A stretch of DNA of 64,000 nt from Candidatus Campbellbacteria bacterium GW2011_OD1_34_28 (GCA_001029775.1 CP011215.1:187187-251186); one strand, 5' to 3'. Numbered from the stretch's first letter, positions 38,616 to 48,964 are shown. Notes: a model not told the origin generated them from the letters alone. Numbers and translations: made by a program.

Positions 38616-39608
38616 ATGAAAAATATTTATAAATTTATTTTAATATTGGTTGTTGTAGTAGGAGTTTCATTTTATTTTGGAAACTCTCCTGCTGAAAACA
38701 TTTCGGCCGCGAACAATGAACATGCCGGAGATGTTAGTGGTTGTAGTGTTACAGCAACAACACTGACTGGCGCAAAGGAATATGGAGAAGATCAAGGTAG
38801 AACAAATGGATGTAGACCAACATTTTTCTTTGATATGTCTGGAGACGGATATTGTCCAGGAGGAAAATGTTCTGTTGATATAAGTTGTGAAGACGGTGAT
38901 GCCGAGACATACACATTTGATAATCCAGGTGTTCCTCCAGGGGAATGTCCTCCTGGTGCAAATTGGAATGGGGCGGTTGGAAATAGTCCTGGAAGATACC
39001 CTCTCGTTTACTGGGATTTGGAAGGATTTCTTTGGAAATCAAAAGGAAATACATATTGTAAATTGGTTGTCTATTTGCCACAAAAATTTGGAACAGGTGA
39101 ATGTGAGCCAGATTTTCAGGGGAGTCCAGCAAGCCCTGCAGATCCTGCAGAAACTTTAATGGATCTTGTTAATGAATGGAGAGATATTTCTGAAAAAATA
39201 CACAGATCGGGTGATTTAGCAGCAGCTCAGGATGAATATGATGAAATAAAAGCCGAAATGGATGCTATAAAAAAAGAAGCTCTTCAAATTGTACCAGAAG
39301 GAAGTTGTGACTATATTATTTACGGAGACGATCCTGGTTTTCATCACTACAATCCACATTCTTTTGATTCAGCAAAATCAGCAATTGTTTTATGTCCACT
39401 TTCACCAGAACTTGTTAGTTGTACGGGTTTTGTTCCTAATATAAATCCACTAACAGGCAAAATGTGGCCAGATAAAAATAGACAGATATTTATACAAGGA
39501 ACACCAAAAAGTGGTCCTTTGACGATAAATTGTTTGGGCAAAGATGGAGAAACTTATAGTTATAGAATTAATGATGGTAATACATACACAAACGGCGTGT
39601 GTCAGTAA
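38616..39608 (+). CDS. Secreted Cys-rich hypothetical protein
   Basis: Signal peptide, Cys/Gly/Pro-rich domains flanking a short helical segment. Confidence 0.65.
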   Translation: MKNIYKFILILVVVVGVSFYFGNSPAENISAANNEHAGDVSGCSVTATTLTGAKEYGEDQGRTNGCRPTFFFDMSGDGYCPGGKCSVDISCEDGDAETYTFDNPGVPPGECPPGANWNGAVGNSPGRYPLVYWDLEGFLWKSKGNTYCKLVVYLPQKFGTGECEPDFQGSPASPADPAETLMDLVNEWRDISEKIHRSGDLAAAQDEYDEIKAEMDAIKKEALQIVPEGSCDYIIYGDDPGFHHYNPHSFDSAKSAIVLCPLSPELVSCTGFVPNINPLTGKMWPDKNRQIFIQGTPKSGPLTINCLGKDGETYSYRINDGNTYTNGVCQ

Positions 39609-39666
39609 AAGATAAAAGTTGCTTTTAAATATCTTTTTAGAAAGATGTTTAAATAAAAAATTATAA

Positions 39667-41691
39667 ATGGCGAAATTGTTAAAATTTAGAAAAATAATAT
39701 CTTTCTTTTTTGGAATGGTTGTTTTGTTCGGAGGTATTTTTTCTCCGGTTGGTTTTGATATTCAAAATGGAGGAAATCTAACAATAGATGTTGCAAGTGC
39801 TGCAAATCAAACCGGTACCAGTGTTTCTTGGGAAGATTTTATTGAAAGTGAAGGATATTCTTGTAATATAGCATCATGGAATTTCACTTTCGGCGGTTGT
39901 ATGGTTTTGGTACTAAAGGATGTATATGCGGTTGTTGCTTTTTTGTTGGTTATATTTGCAAAATTTTTTGATGTTCTTCTAATGTTTTCTATTAGTGATA
40001 AATTTTTAGACCAAGAATTTATTGGACCAGCATGGACGGCATTGAGGGATGCTGCCAATATGTTGTTTATTTTTCTGTTGGTAATTATTTCCATATCAAT
40101 AATACTGGATTATGGAAGTTTCAAATCAAAAGAATTGATAGTAAAAGTAATAATGATTGCAATTGCTATCAATTTTAGCTTGTTTGTTTCAAGGGTGGTC
40201 ATAGATGCGGGAAATATTTTCACGGTTGGTTTTTATGATGCGATAGGTGCAAAAGATATGGAAGATACATATATTGCAGGTATTATTCCAAAAGAAATTT
40301 CTAGTGGACTGATGTCTATGTTTAATCCAGTAGAGATGATGGATCAGGAGGCTTTTCATAAATGGGTGGAAGGTGAGGGAGATAAGACCGCTATTATGAT
40401 TGTTATTTTTTTGGTTGCTATTGCAATAGCTTTTTATACGGCGTATGTGTTTTTTATGGCTGGCTGGACATTTATTGGTAGGGTTATTTATCTTTGGATG
40501 TTGATGGTTCTTTCTCCTCTTGCTTTTATGTCTTATGCTATTCCTGGAATGGGATCGTATTTTACAAAATGGTGGCAAAAGTTATTGGATAAATCTTTTT
40601 GTGTAGTAGTATTTCTTTTTATCCTGTGGTTGTTGTTCTTAATAAATGATAATGGACTTTTTGCCTCAAATAATTTTGTTGAAGGTGATAATATTTTAGG
40701 ACAGATATTGGTAATTCTAATGAAAGCAATGATTGTTTTTGCTTTTATGAGAACAGCATTATCTGAATTAAAGAAAAAATGTGATGACGGTGTTATTGGG
40801 GATAGTATATTAAAAGGTGTGAAAGGAGCTGTTGGTTTGGCTGGTATTGCAACAGGAGGTGCTTTGGTGGGTGCAGGAGCAAAAGCATTGGGCGGTAATT
40901 TGATGAGAGGAACGGTTGGACGAGCTGCACAACGCGGTGCGGAATATATGGAAAAGAAAGGTGGGGGTACATCAACTATGGGTAAATTGGGATTGAAAAC
41001 ATTAAGAAATGTTGGAGATTCAAAATTCGGAATGGCAAAAGAAAGTTTCAAAGCCAGAGAAGATAGTAAAGTAAAAGATCATCATGCTTATGCAAATACT
41101 TTGTCAAAAGAAAAGAATATTACAGCAAACGAATTAGATGCCAAAGGAAAACCTGTAAGAGATGCACAGGGAAATATTAAGAAGACAAATATTAGTGCTC
41201 AGGATCAGTATTATAGAAATATTTCAAAATCAAAAATTTCTAATACCGTTGCAGCAACCGCTGGTGCGGCAACAGTTGCAACAGGAGGTGTTTTGGCACC
41301 TTTAACTGTTCCTCTAGCGGATTATATGAGAACTCGTGCAACCACTGGTGCAAAAGCAGCTGAACAACAAGGAAAGATAAGTAAATTAAATAAAGATAAA
41401 GAAATAGAGAGGGAAAAATTCAAACTTGAAATTGAGAAATTAAAAAATGAAGAACTTAGAGAAGCTGAAATTCATTTGCAAGAAGCAAAAGATGATTTGG
41501 AGAAAGCAAAATTAGCAAAACAACCAGAAAGTGCGCTAAGTATTTATAGGTCTGGTGTTGGAGATGCACAGGTTACTTTGTCAAAAGCTAATTCAGAAAT
41601 AAAAAAGAAAGAAGAAGAACTAAAAGAAAAATTGAAAAAGTATGATGAGGATATTAAGAAAGCGAGAGAGGATATGAAAAAAAATAAATAA
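39667..41691 (+). CDS. VirB6/TrbL-like polytopic membrane protein
   Basis: WTALRDAANMLFI, INFSLF, GRVIYLWMLMVLSPLAF, WWQKL; Gly/Ala-rich and coiled-coil tail. Confidence 0.7.
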   Translation: MAKLLKFRKIISFFFGMVVLFGGIFSPVGFDIQNGGNLTIDVASAANQTGTSVSWEDFIESEGYSCNIASWNFTFGGCMVLVLKDVYAVVAFLLVIFAKFFDVLLMFSISDKFLDQEFIGPAWTALRDAANMLFIFLLVIISISIILDYGSFKSKELIVKVIMIAIAINFSLFVSRVVIDAGNIFTVGFYDAIGAKDMEDTYIAGIIPKEISSGLMSMFNPVEMMDQEAFHKWVEGEGDKTAIMIVIFLVAIAIAFYTAYVFFMAGWTFIGRVIYLWMLMVLSPLAFMSYAIPGMGSYFTKWWQKLLDKSFCVVVFLFILWLLFLINDNGLFASNNFVEGDNILGQILVILMKAMIVFAFMRTALSELKKKCDDGVIGDSILKGVKGAVGLAGIATGGALVGAGAKALGGNLMRGTVGRAAQRGAEYMEKKGGGTSTMGKLGLKTLRNVGDSKFGMAKESFKAREDSKVKDHHAYANTLSKEKNITANELDAKGKPVRDAQGNIKKTNISAQDQYYRNISKSKISNTVAATAGAATVATGGVLAPLTVPLADYMRTRATTGAKAAEQQGKISKLNKDKEIEREKFKLEIEKLKNEELREAEIHLQEAKDDLEKAKLAKQPESALSIYRSGVGDAQVTLSKANSEIKKKEEELKEKLKKYDEDIKKAREDMKKNK

Positions 41692-41701
41692 TTTATAAAC
41701 T

Positions 41702-42349
41702 ATGGAATATACACCAGAACAAATTGAAAATAGACTAAATTCGCTTCCTGCTGATATCAAGCAGGCGATGTCAGAGGTTGATACAACCACAGCTATTTTA
41801 AATGTGGGAAAGAAAAATGGACTTCATGTAGATCAGATGGGAGAGCTTCTCTATTGTGTTGGCCTTGTGATGCTCGGCCTCGAACATTCTCAACGCTTTG
41901 CAGACATTATTATTGAAAAGGTGGGCGTTTCCCCTGAACAAGCAGAAGTGATAACCGCCGATATAAACAACGAGGTTTTCTTAAAATTGAGAGAGTCTAT
42001 TAAAAAAATTCACGAACAGCACTCTTCTCAAAATACAGAAATAGATAATAGGCCTTTGGCAGAGAAAATGAATCCTTTTGAACAAAAACACGAAGGAGAG
42101 GTGTTGGATAAAGACAAAATTTTGGCAGAGATAGAAAACCCTGAAAATATTATAGAAAACAAGGTTTCAACACCTTCTGTAAATATAAACGTTCAAATTC
42201 CTGTGATTGAGCCTCCTATGCCCGCAGAACCTTTTAAAATGAATATTATGGAGAGTAAATTGGGTGGAGTAACAAAATTACCTATGCAAGAGAAAAAGGT
42301 AGAAGAATCAGGAGTAAAGATAGATCCGTATAGAGAACCAATTGAGTAG
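41702..42349 (+). CDS. Conserved hypothetical protein of the T4SS-like cluster
   Basis: LHVDQMG...VMLG and C-terminal DPYREPIE, motifs I recall from CPR proteins. Confidence 0.65.
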   Translation: MEYTPEQIENRLNSLPADIKQAMSEVDTTTAILNVGKKNGLHVDQMGELLYCVGLVMLGLEHSQRFADIIIEKVGVSPEQAEVITADINNEVFLKLRESIKKIHEQHSSQNTEIDNRPLAEKMNPFEQKHEGEVLDKDKILAEIENPENIIENKVSTPSVNINVQIPVIEPPMPAEPFKMNIMESKLGGVTKLPMQEKKVEESGVKIDPYREPIE

Positions 42350-42378
42350 AAAGTCGAAAGTTTGTAAAGTTATAAAGT

Positions 42379-42723
42379 ATGAAAATAGAAAGATTTGAAG
42401 ATATAATATCATGGCAAAAAGCTGAAAAATTAACCCTAGATATTTATAACATTTTTAGAAATATTAATGATTTTGGTTTTAAAAATCAAATACAAAGATC
42501 TTCTGTTTCTATAATGAATAATATTGCCGAAGGGTTTGAAAGAAAGGGAAATAATGAATTAAAGTATTTTTTGTTCGTTGCAAAAGGATCATGTGCTGAA
42601 ACCAGATCAATGTTGCACTTATCATTACAGTTGAAATATTTAAAAGAAGATCAATATAAAAAATTAAACGAATTATCAATAGAAATTTCAAAATTATTAT
42701 CAGGTTTAATCAAAACTTTATAA
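42379..42723 (+). CDS. Four-helix-bundle protein (23S rRNA IVP-like family)
   Basis: FEDIISWQKA, QIQRSSVSIMNNIAEG, AKGSCAETRS. Confidence 0.9.
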   Translation: MKIERFEDIISWQKAEKLTLDIYNIFRNINDFGFKNQIQRSSVSIMNNIAEGFERKGNNELKYFLFVAKGSCAETRSMLHLSLQLKYLKEDQYKKLNELSIEISKLLSGLIKTL

Positions 42724-42755
42724 ACTTTAAACTTTATAAACTTTAAACTAATATC

Positions 42756-43181
42756 GTGCATTTCGAAGTACCACAATTTATAGATATAGAAGACAAAATA
42801 GTTGGACCCCTAACTATCAAGCAGTTTATTTTCGTTGCCGGAGGAGCAGGAATTTGTTTTGCTATCTATTTTTTTCTTAAAAGTCTATTTTTCACTCTTC
42901 TTCTAGGGGCTCCTTTTATAGCTCTTTCTCTTTCTCTTGCTTTTTATAAACCAAGCGGAAGACCTTTTATTTTAGTTTTGGAATCAGCCTTTTGGTTTTT
43001 CTTGAAAAGTAAATTATATATTTGGAAAAAAGAACCAAAGAAAGTTCAGAAAGGAGTAGAAAAAGAACCCGATTTGGTGGCTCAGATGAATGTACCAAAA
43101 TTGTCAGATAGTAAATTATCAGATTTGGGTTGGAGTTTGGATATAAAAGACAAATTGGAAGATAATATGAATAATAATTAA
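42756..43181 (+). CDS. PrgI-family membrane protein
   Basis: VPQFIDIEDKIVGPLTIKQF, two TM segments, GRPF. Confidence 0.85.
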   Translation: MHFEVPQFIDIEDKIVGPLTIKQFIFVAGGAGICFAIYFFLKSLFFTLLLGAPFIALSLSLAFYKPSGRPFILVLESAFWFFLKSKLYIWKKEPKKVQKGVEKEPDLVAQMNVPKLSDSKLSDLGWSLDIKDKLEDNMNNN

Positions 43182-43207
43182 TAAAAATTCAAAATTGAAA
43201 TCTCAAA

Positions 43208-43579
43208 ATGCAAAATGAAAAAGAAAAATTTAAAAATGAATTTAAGAAAAGATTGTATACATGGACACTAAGATTAATAAAATTTATTGATAAATTAAAT
43301 AAAGATTCTGTCTGTAATGTAATAGGAAAACAATTATTGAGAAGCGGAACAAGTATTTTATCAAACTATGTTGAAGCGGGATCTGCTAGTTCGAAGAGAG
43401 ATTACATTAATTTTTTTACATATTCTTTAAAATCATCCAATGAATCGAAGGTGTGGTTGTCTTTGTTGAGGGATACAAACAAGGGGGATAAAAAAGAATT
43501 AGAGTGGATGTTATGTGAATTACAAGAAATATCAAACATCATTGCATCTGGTATAATAACAATGAAAGGGAAAAGATAA
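43208..43579 (+). CDS. Four-helix-bundle protein (TIGR02436-like)
   Basis: KQLLRSGTSILSNYVEA, SKRDY, KSSNESKVWL. Confidence 0.9.
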   Translation: MQNEKEKFKNEFKKRLYTWTLRLIKFIDKLNKDSVCNVIGKQLLRSGTSILSNYVEAGSASSKRDYINFFTYSLKSSNESKVWLSLLRDTNKGDKKELEWMLCELQEISNIIASGIITMKGKR

Positions 43580-43635
43580 TTTTTATTTTTAAACTGTCAT
43601 TTTTAATTTTGAGATTTTAATTTTGAATTTGAAAC

Positions 43636-44265
43636 ATGGAAAAAACATCAGCAACACAAGGATTTGTTCCTATCAAAGAAATAAGAGATGGTGTAATTGT
43701 TCTTAAAGATAATTCTCTAAGGGCTATTTTGATGGTTTCTTCTTTAAATTTTTCTTTAAAATCCTCAGATGAACAAATAGCAATTATTTATCAATTTCAA
43801 AATTTTTTAAACTCTCTTGATTTTTCTACTCAGATTTATATTCAATCAAGAAAGTTGGATATTAGGCCTTATATCTCAGTTATGGAGGAAAAATACAAAG
43901 CTCAAACAAATGATTTGATGAAAATTCAAACAAGAGAATATATAGAATTTATAAAGAAATTTACCGAGAGTGTAAATATAATGACGAAAAACTTCTTTAT
44001 AATTGTACCTTACACACCTTCTTTTCTAGGAAACTCCTCGAAAGGCCCCCTCGGTCTTGGTGGAGGGAAAAAAAATACACAAATTTTGGAAAACGATTCT
44101 TTTGAAGAGAGTCGTTCACAGTTGGAACAAAGAGCCAATGTCATAGAACAAGGGTTATCAAGGTCTGGTTTAAGGGTTGCCAGATTAGGAACTGAAGAAT
44201 CGGTAGAATTACTTTATAAAATATTTAATCCAGGAGAATCAGAAAAACCAATTCAACTAAATTAA
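43636..44265 (+). CDS. TraC/VirB4-associated protein of the T4SS-like cluster
   Basis: TQGFVPIKEIRDG, NFSLKS.DEQ, FLNSLDF motifs; lies directly upstream of the VirB4-like ATPase. Confidence 0.7.
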   Translation: MEKTSATQGFVPIKEIRDGVIVLKDNSLRAILMVSSLNFSLKSSDEQIAIIYQFQNFLNSLDFSTQIYIQSRKLDIRPYISVMEEKYKAQTNDLMKIQTREYIEFIKKFTESVNIMTKNFFIIVPYTPSFLGNSSKGPLGLGGGKKNTQILENDSFEESRSQLEQRANVIEQGLSRSGLRVARLGTEESVELLYKIFNPGESEKPIQLN

Positions 44266-44269
44266 AAAT

Positions 44270-46084
44270 ATGAGCATTTTTGATAAAATTTTAGGAAAAA
44301 AAGACGAGGGTCCGGGTATCACACCCACATTGCCACAGGAAATTTATGAGACTGGTGTTTTGGAATTGCAAGATATTATTGCTCCTTCTGCTCTAAAGAT
44401 TTCTCCTAACAATATTAACCTCGGTGGTAAAATAATGAAAACATTTTTTGTTATTTCTTATCCAAGATTTTTATCTGACAATTGGTTTTCTTCTGTAATT
44501 AATTTAGATAAAGAATTTGATGTATCTATTTTTATTCATCCGATTGAGACAGAAAAAGTATTGCGACAATTTCAAAAGAAAGTAGCCGAGGTTCAAAGCC
44601 AAATAATGACAAGAGAAGAAAAGGGATTTGTTAGAGACCCGGGTTTAGACGCTGCTTATCAAAATCTCGAAGATTTGCGTGACAAATTGCAACAGGCACA
44701 GGAAAAATTGTTTGATGTCGGTGTTTATATTTCTATTTATGGAAAAGATGATGACGAATTGAACAAACTTGAATCAGAGATTCGTTCTATTTTGGAATCA
44801 AAACTTATCTACATTAGACCATCTCTTTTCCAACAAGAACAAGGTTTTAGAAGTATTTTGCCATTAGGAAATGATCTTTTAAATGTTCACTCAAAGCTTA
44901 ATTCCGCCCCTCTTTCCAGTATTTTTCCTTTCGTTTCTTTTGACCTAACATCTGATAAAGGAATTTTGTATGGAGTAAACAGACACAACTCAAGTTTGAT
45001 AATTTTTGATCGTTTTTCTTTAGCAAACTACAATTCAGTTACTTTTGCAAAATCTGGAGCAGGAAAATCTTATGCAATCAAATTGGAAGTTTTGAGATCT
45101 CTAATGTTTGGTGTAGAGGTTATGGTAATAGACCCTGAAAGAGAATTTGAATATTTGTCCGAGGCAGTAGGGGGAAGATATTTTAATATTTCTTTGTCGT
45201 CCGAACACCATATCAATCCTTTTGATTTACCAGCTCCAAGACCAGACGAATCACCTTCAAATGTTTTGCGATCACATATTGTCAATTTGGTAGGGCTTTT
45301 TAGAATTATGTTGGGAGGGTTATCACCAGAAGAAGATGCAATAGTGGACAGAGCTATTTCGGAAACTTATGCCTTGAGAGATATTACACCCGATTCCGAT
45401 TTTACAAACATAGAACCACCTCTTTTGTCAGACTTTGAACTTGTTTTGGCGGGAATGGAAGGAGCCGATGTTTTGGTTCAAAAAATATCAAAATATACAA
45501 AAGGTACATGGTCTGGATTTTTGAACAAACCAACCAATGTGGATATAAATAGTAAATTTATTGTATTCTCTATTAGAGACATGGAAGATGAGTTGCGACC
45601 GGTGGCAATGTATATTATTACCCACTATATTTGGAATGCGGTTAGAAAAGAATTGAAAAAAAGATTGTTTGTTATCGACGAAGCATGGCAAATGATGAAA
45701 TCAGAAGACGCTGCCTCTTTCTTGTTTAGTATGGCAAAAAGAGGAAGAAAATATTATTTAGGATTGGCAACAATTACCCAAGACATCAACGACTTTCTTC
45801 CTTCTCCGTATGGACTGCCCATTATCACCAACTCTTCTATTCAGGTGTTGTTGAAACAGTCTCCTACAACAATAGACGCTGTTCAAAAAACATTTAACCT
45901 TACAGATGAGGAAAAATATCTTCTTTTGGAAGCGGGTGTAGGGGAGGGAATTTTCTTTGCTGGACTAAAACACGTAGCAATAAAAATAATTGCATCATAT
46001 ACCGAAGATCAGATTATTACATCGGATCCATCACAGGTTTTGGCCATTAAACAAGCAAAAAGAGATCTGGAAGCATCTGAATAA
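44270..46084 (+). CDS. VirB4-like ATPase
   Basis: Walker A AKSGAGKS, IDPERE, INPFD, Walker B VIDEAW, GRKY, ITQ. Confidence 0.9.
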   Translation: MSIFDKILGKKDEGPGITPTLPQEIYETGVLELQDIIAPSALKISPNNINLGGKIMKTFFVISYPRFLSDNWFSSVINLDKEFDVSIFIHPIETEKVLRQFQKKVAEVQSQIMTREEKGFVRDPGLDAAYQNLEDLRDKLQQAQEKLFDVGVYISIYGKDDDELNKLESEIRSILESKLIYIRPSLFQQEQGFRSILPLGNDLLNVHSKLNSAPLSSIFPFVSFDLTSDKGILYGVNRHNSSLIIFDRFSLANYNSVTFAKSGAGKSYAIKLEVLRSLMFGVEVMVIDPEREFEYLSEAVGGRYFNISLSSEHHINPFDLPAPRPDESPSNVLRSHIVNLVGLFRIMLGGLSPEEDAIVDRAISETYALRDITPDSDFTNIEPPLLSDFELVLAGMEGADVLVQKISKYTKGTWSGFLNKPTNVDINSKFIVFSIRDMEDELRPVAMYIITHYIWNAVRKELKKRLFVIDEAWQMMKSEDAASFLFSMAKRGRKYYLGLATITQDINDFLPSPYGLPIITNSSIQVLLKQSPTTIDAVQKTFNLTDEEKYLLLEAGVGEGIFFAGLKHVAIKIIASYTEDQIITSDPSQVLAIKQAKRDLEASE

Positions 46085-46108
46085 TTTATGTTAATATAAA
46101 TATAATAA

Positions 46109-47176
46109 ATGAAGAAAGTATTTAATAAAAAAATAAAAGTTTATTTGGGGGTACTTTTCGTTTTTTCTTTTGTTTTTGTTTCTTTTGCTGATGCTGTTGA
46201 AACAGATATAGAAAGTTATGTTTTTGGTGGTAGTGGTATTGGTAGTTTACCAGAATTATTAACTATGAAGCTAAGTAATAGAATACCCAGTCCAAACGAA
46301 GAAATTACAATATCTTTGGAAAATTATTCAATAGATTTGTATACATCACAGATTTCTTGGTATAAAAATGATTCTTTGGTAGAGAGAGGTCTTGGAAAAA
46401 AAGATTTTACTTTTAATGTGGGAGGTTTGGGTACATCTGACACAATTACCGCAGTTGTTTTAACAAAAAATGGTGAACAAATTTCAACTAGCAAAACTTT
46501 TTCTCCTGCAGAGGTTGATATTGTGTGGGAGGGAGATGTTTATACACCACCTTTTTATAAAGGAAAGGCACTCGTCTCACATCGTTCTGTTGTAAAAATA
46601 GTCGCAATTCCAAATTTTATTGGTTCTAACAAATCAAAAATAAGTGACGATAAATTGATGTATGTTTGGAAAAAGAATGGAAATATTATAAATGGATCAC
46701 AAGGGATGGGCAAAAATATGTTGTATTATGATATGGAGAAAAATTTTAGAGACAGTGTTTTGACAGTCGAGGTTTCTAATAGCGACGATTCTATAAAAGC
46801 AAAATCTTCTGTCAGTATAAAAGAGATCAAACCAAAGATAGTGTTTTATGAAAACGACCCTCTTATGGGAATAGTTTTTGAAAAAGCATTAAATAAAAAA
46901 ACCGACTTGTTAAAAGAAGAAATAACTGTAACCGCGCAACCTTTCTTTTTTTCAAAAGATGATATAAAAAATGAGAAACTTGAATATAAATGGAAACTTA
47001 ACAATAAAATATTGGATGATGTCGTTGGAGATTTTATAACCTTGAAAAAAGGTGAAGACAAAGGTACCGCAAATTTAAGTCTGAATATACAAGATAAAAA
47101 TAGAGTAATGCAGTCAGCGACAAACATTTTAAATATCAATTTTGATGATGAGAGAGCATCGTTATTTAATTTTTAA
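46109..47176 (+). CDS. Secreted Ig-like repeat protein
   Basis: Signal peptide; beta-rich repeats with Y.WK.N.; YTPPFYKGKAL. Confidence 0.65.
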   Translation: MKKVFNKKIKVYLGVLFVFSFVFVSFADAVETDIESYVFGGSGIGSLPELLTMKLSNRIPSPNEEITISLENYSIDLYTSQISWYKNDSLVERGLGKKDFTFNVGGLGTSDTITAVVLTKNGEQISTSKTFSPAEVDIVWEGDVYTPPFYKGKALVSHRSVVKIVAIPNFIGSNKSKISDDKLMYVWKKNGNIINGSQGMGKNMLYYDMEKNFRDSVLTVEVSNSDDSIKAKSSVSIKEIKPKIVFYENDPLMGIVFEKALNKKTDLLKEEITVTAQPFFFSKDDIKNEKLEYKWKLNNKILDDVVGDFITLKKGEDKGTANLSLNIQDKNRVMQSATNILNINFDDERASLFNF

Positions 47177-47179
47177 TAT

Positions 47180-47593
47180 ATGATAAATTTTTTAAAAAAT
47201 AAAAAAATACAAATCGTTTCATCAGCTGCTTTTCTTTTTTTTGTTTCTTTCTCTGTTTCTTTCTCTGCAGTTGAATATAAGATGCTTGAAAAATTGCCCT
47301 ACATCAATCCAAATGGGGAAGCTGTAGATCTTACAACATATCTTTCAGGAGCGTTTAGACTGGCTTTTGGTGTTGCTATTCTTTTAGCGGTATTTCAACT
47401 ATCATTTGCTGGTTTCAAATATCTAACAGAAGAATCTTTTACTGGAAAAACAAATGCAAAAAGTAAAATCAACAACGCGATTTTTGGACTTGTCCTTATT
47501 TTTGTTTCTTATTTGTTGTTGAATTTTATCAACCCAGATTTGGTGAATATTCAATTTGAAATTCCTAAGGTAGGTAAGTCTAATGGGTCATGA
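47180..47593 (+). CDS. T4SS pilin-like protein (TrbC/VirB2-like)
   Basis: Signal peptide, AGFKYL...AKSKINNAIFGL...LLNFINPDL. Confidence 0.8.
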   Translation: MINFLKNKKIQIVSSAAFLFFVSFSVSFSAVEYKMLEKLPYINPNGEAVDLTTYLSGAFRLAFGVAILLAVFQLSFAGFKYLTEESFTGKTNAKSKINNAIFGLVLIFVSYLLLNFINPDLVNIQFEIPKVGKSNGS

Positions 47594-47643
47594 GCAAGTG
47601 GAGGTTGGTAAAAATATAACAATAATATAATTTGGTTTATTTT

Positions 47644-48906
47644 ATGACAAAAAAGATTTTAATAATATTGATAATAATATTGATACTCGCAGTTGTTGGA
47701 GTGTTTATTTTTTATTTTGCATTTTCAAAAAATAATCCAAATTCTGATCAATTTGATGGATCTCCGTTGGGATTTATTTTTGGTAATTTTGGTGGAGGAG
47801 GAAATAATTTAGATGAAGATGTAGACAATGGACCAGATATTACAATTGGAGAAGAAAAACCACTTTTGAGATTAAGAAAAATTTCTGAAACTCCAACCGC
47901 TGGTTTTGTTGTTTTCCAAAACGAAGACAAAGAAGTGACTGTCAGATATACAGAAAGATCAACGGGGCATATTTTTGAAGCAAGCACAGTTCGTCCAACA
48001 ATAAAAAGAATCTCAAATACAACTATTCCAAGGATTTATGAAGCGGTTTGGGTAAATAGTGAAGAATCTGTAATGAGATATTTAGATGAAGATAATAATA
48101 TAAAAAGTTTTTATGCAAAAATAATAAAAAATGATGCAGACAGCACAGAAGAAGGAAAAACAGAAGGTGTATTTTTGAGAGATAACATAAAAGATGTCTT
48201 TTTGTATGGAAAAAAGATCTTAAATATTTATAACGAAGCAGGATATTCTCAGTTTGTGATTTCCGATGTTGATGGAAGTAATTCTTTTGAAATATACGAA
48301 TACCCTCTTGAAGGATGGTTGATTCAGTCTCCAAAAACAGGAATGTTTGCTCTAACAATAAAGCCAACATATGATAATTTTGGATATTTGTATTTTTTGG
48401 ATATAAATTCAAAAGAAAAAACAAAAATTTTATCTAAAGTTGTTGGATTAACGACGCTGACAAGTGGTGATGCAAACAAGGTATTGTTTGCAGAAAAGAT
48501 AAAACTTTCTTCTTATGATGTTGATAATAAAGAAACAAAAAAGATGGATGTTGATACACTTCCTGAAAAATGCGCGTGGTTTAATGATTCTATAAGTGTT
48601 ATTTGTGGTATTCCAAAAAATACATTGGGTGGAAAGTATCCAGACGATTGGTATCAGGGGATATATTCGTTTTCTGACGATATTTATATATTGGATGTAG
48701 ATGGAGGATTTTCTGAGTTGATTATTTCACCAGAAGAATTTTCTGGAGAAAATATTGATCTAATAAAACCAATTTTTAGCTCGGATGAAAAGTTTTTGTT
48801 CTTTATAAACAAAAAAGATCAATCGTTATGGAGTTTGGAGATATCACCAGAAATTAAAATTAAAACAGAAAATATAGAGACAGCAACAACAACGAGTGAA
48901 AACTAA
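47644..48906 (+). CDS. Membrane-anchored beta-propeller-like protein
   Basis: N-terminal TM segment; TGHIF, TLPEKCAW, PDDWYQG motifs. Confidence 0.65.
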   Translation: MTKKILIILIIILILAVVGVFIFYFAFSKNNPNSDQFDGSPLGFIFGNFGGGGNNLDEDVDNGPDITIGEEKPLLRLRKISETPTAGFVVFQNEDKEVTVRYTERSTGHIFEASTVRPTIKRISNTTIPRIYEAVWVNSEESVMRYLDEDNNIKSFYAKIIKNDADSTEEGKTEGVFLRDNIKDVFLYGKKILNIYNEAGYSQFVISDVDGSNSFEIYEYPLEGWLIQSPKTGMFALTIKPTYDNFGYLYFLDINSKEKTKILSKVVGLTTLTSGDANKVLFAEKIKLSSYDVDNKETKKMDVDTLPEKCAWFNDSISVICGIPKNTLGGKYPDDWYQGIYSFSDDIYILDVDGGFSELIISPEEFSGENIDLIKPIFSSDEKFLFFINKKDQSLWSLEISPEIKIKTENIETATTTSEN

Positions 48907-48964
48907 AAAAATATTGAAACAAATTTAAAAACTAAAAAAAGCGGGTAATCCCGCTTTTTTTAAA

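Noticed and set aside
42379-43579. Diversity-generating retroelement (Avd-like genes)
   Set aside because: No reverse transcriptase and no template/variable repeat pair differing at adenines was seen
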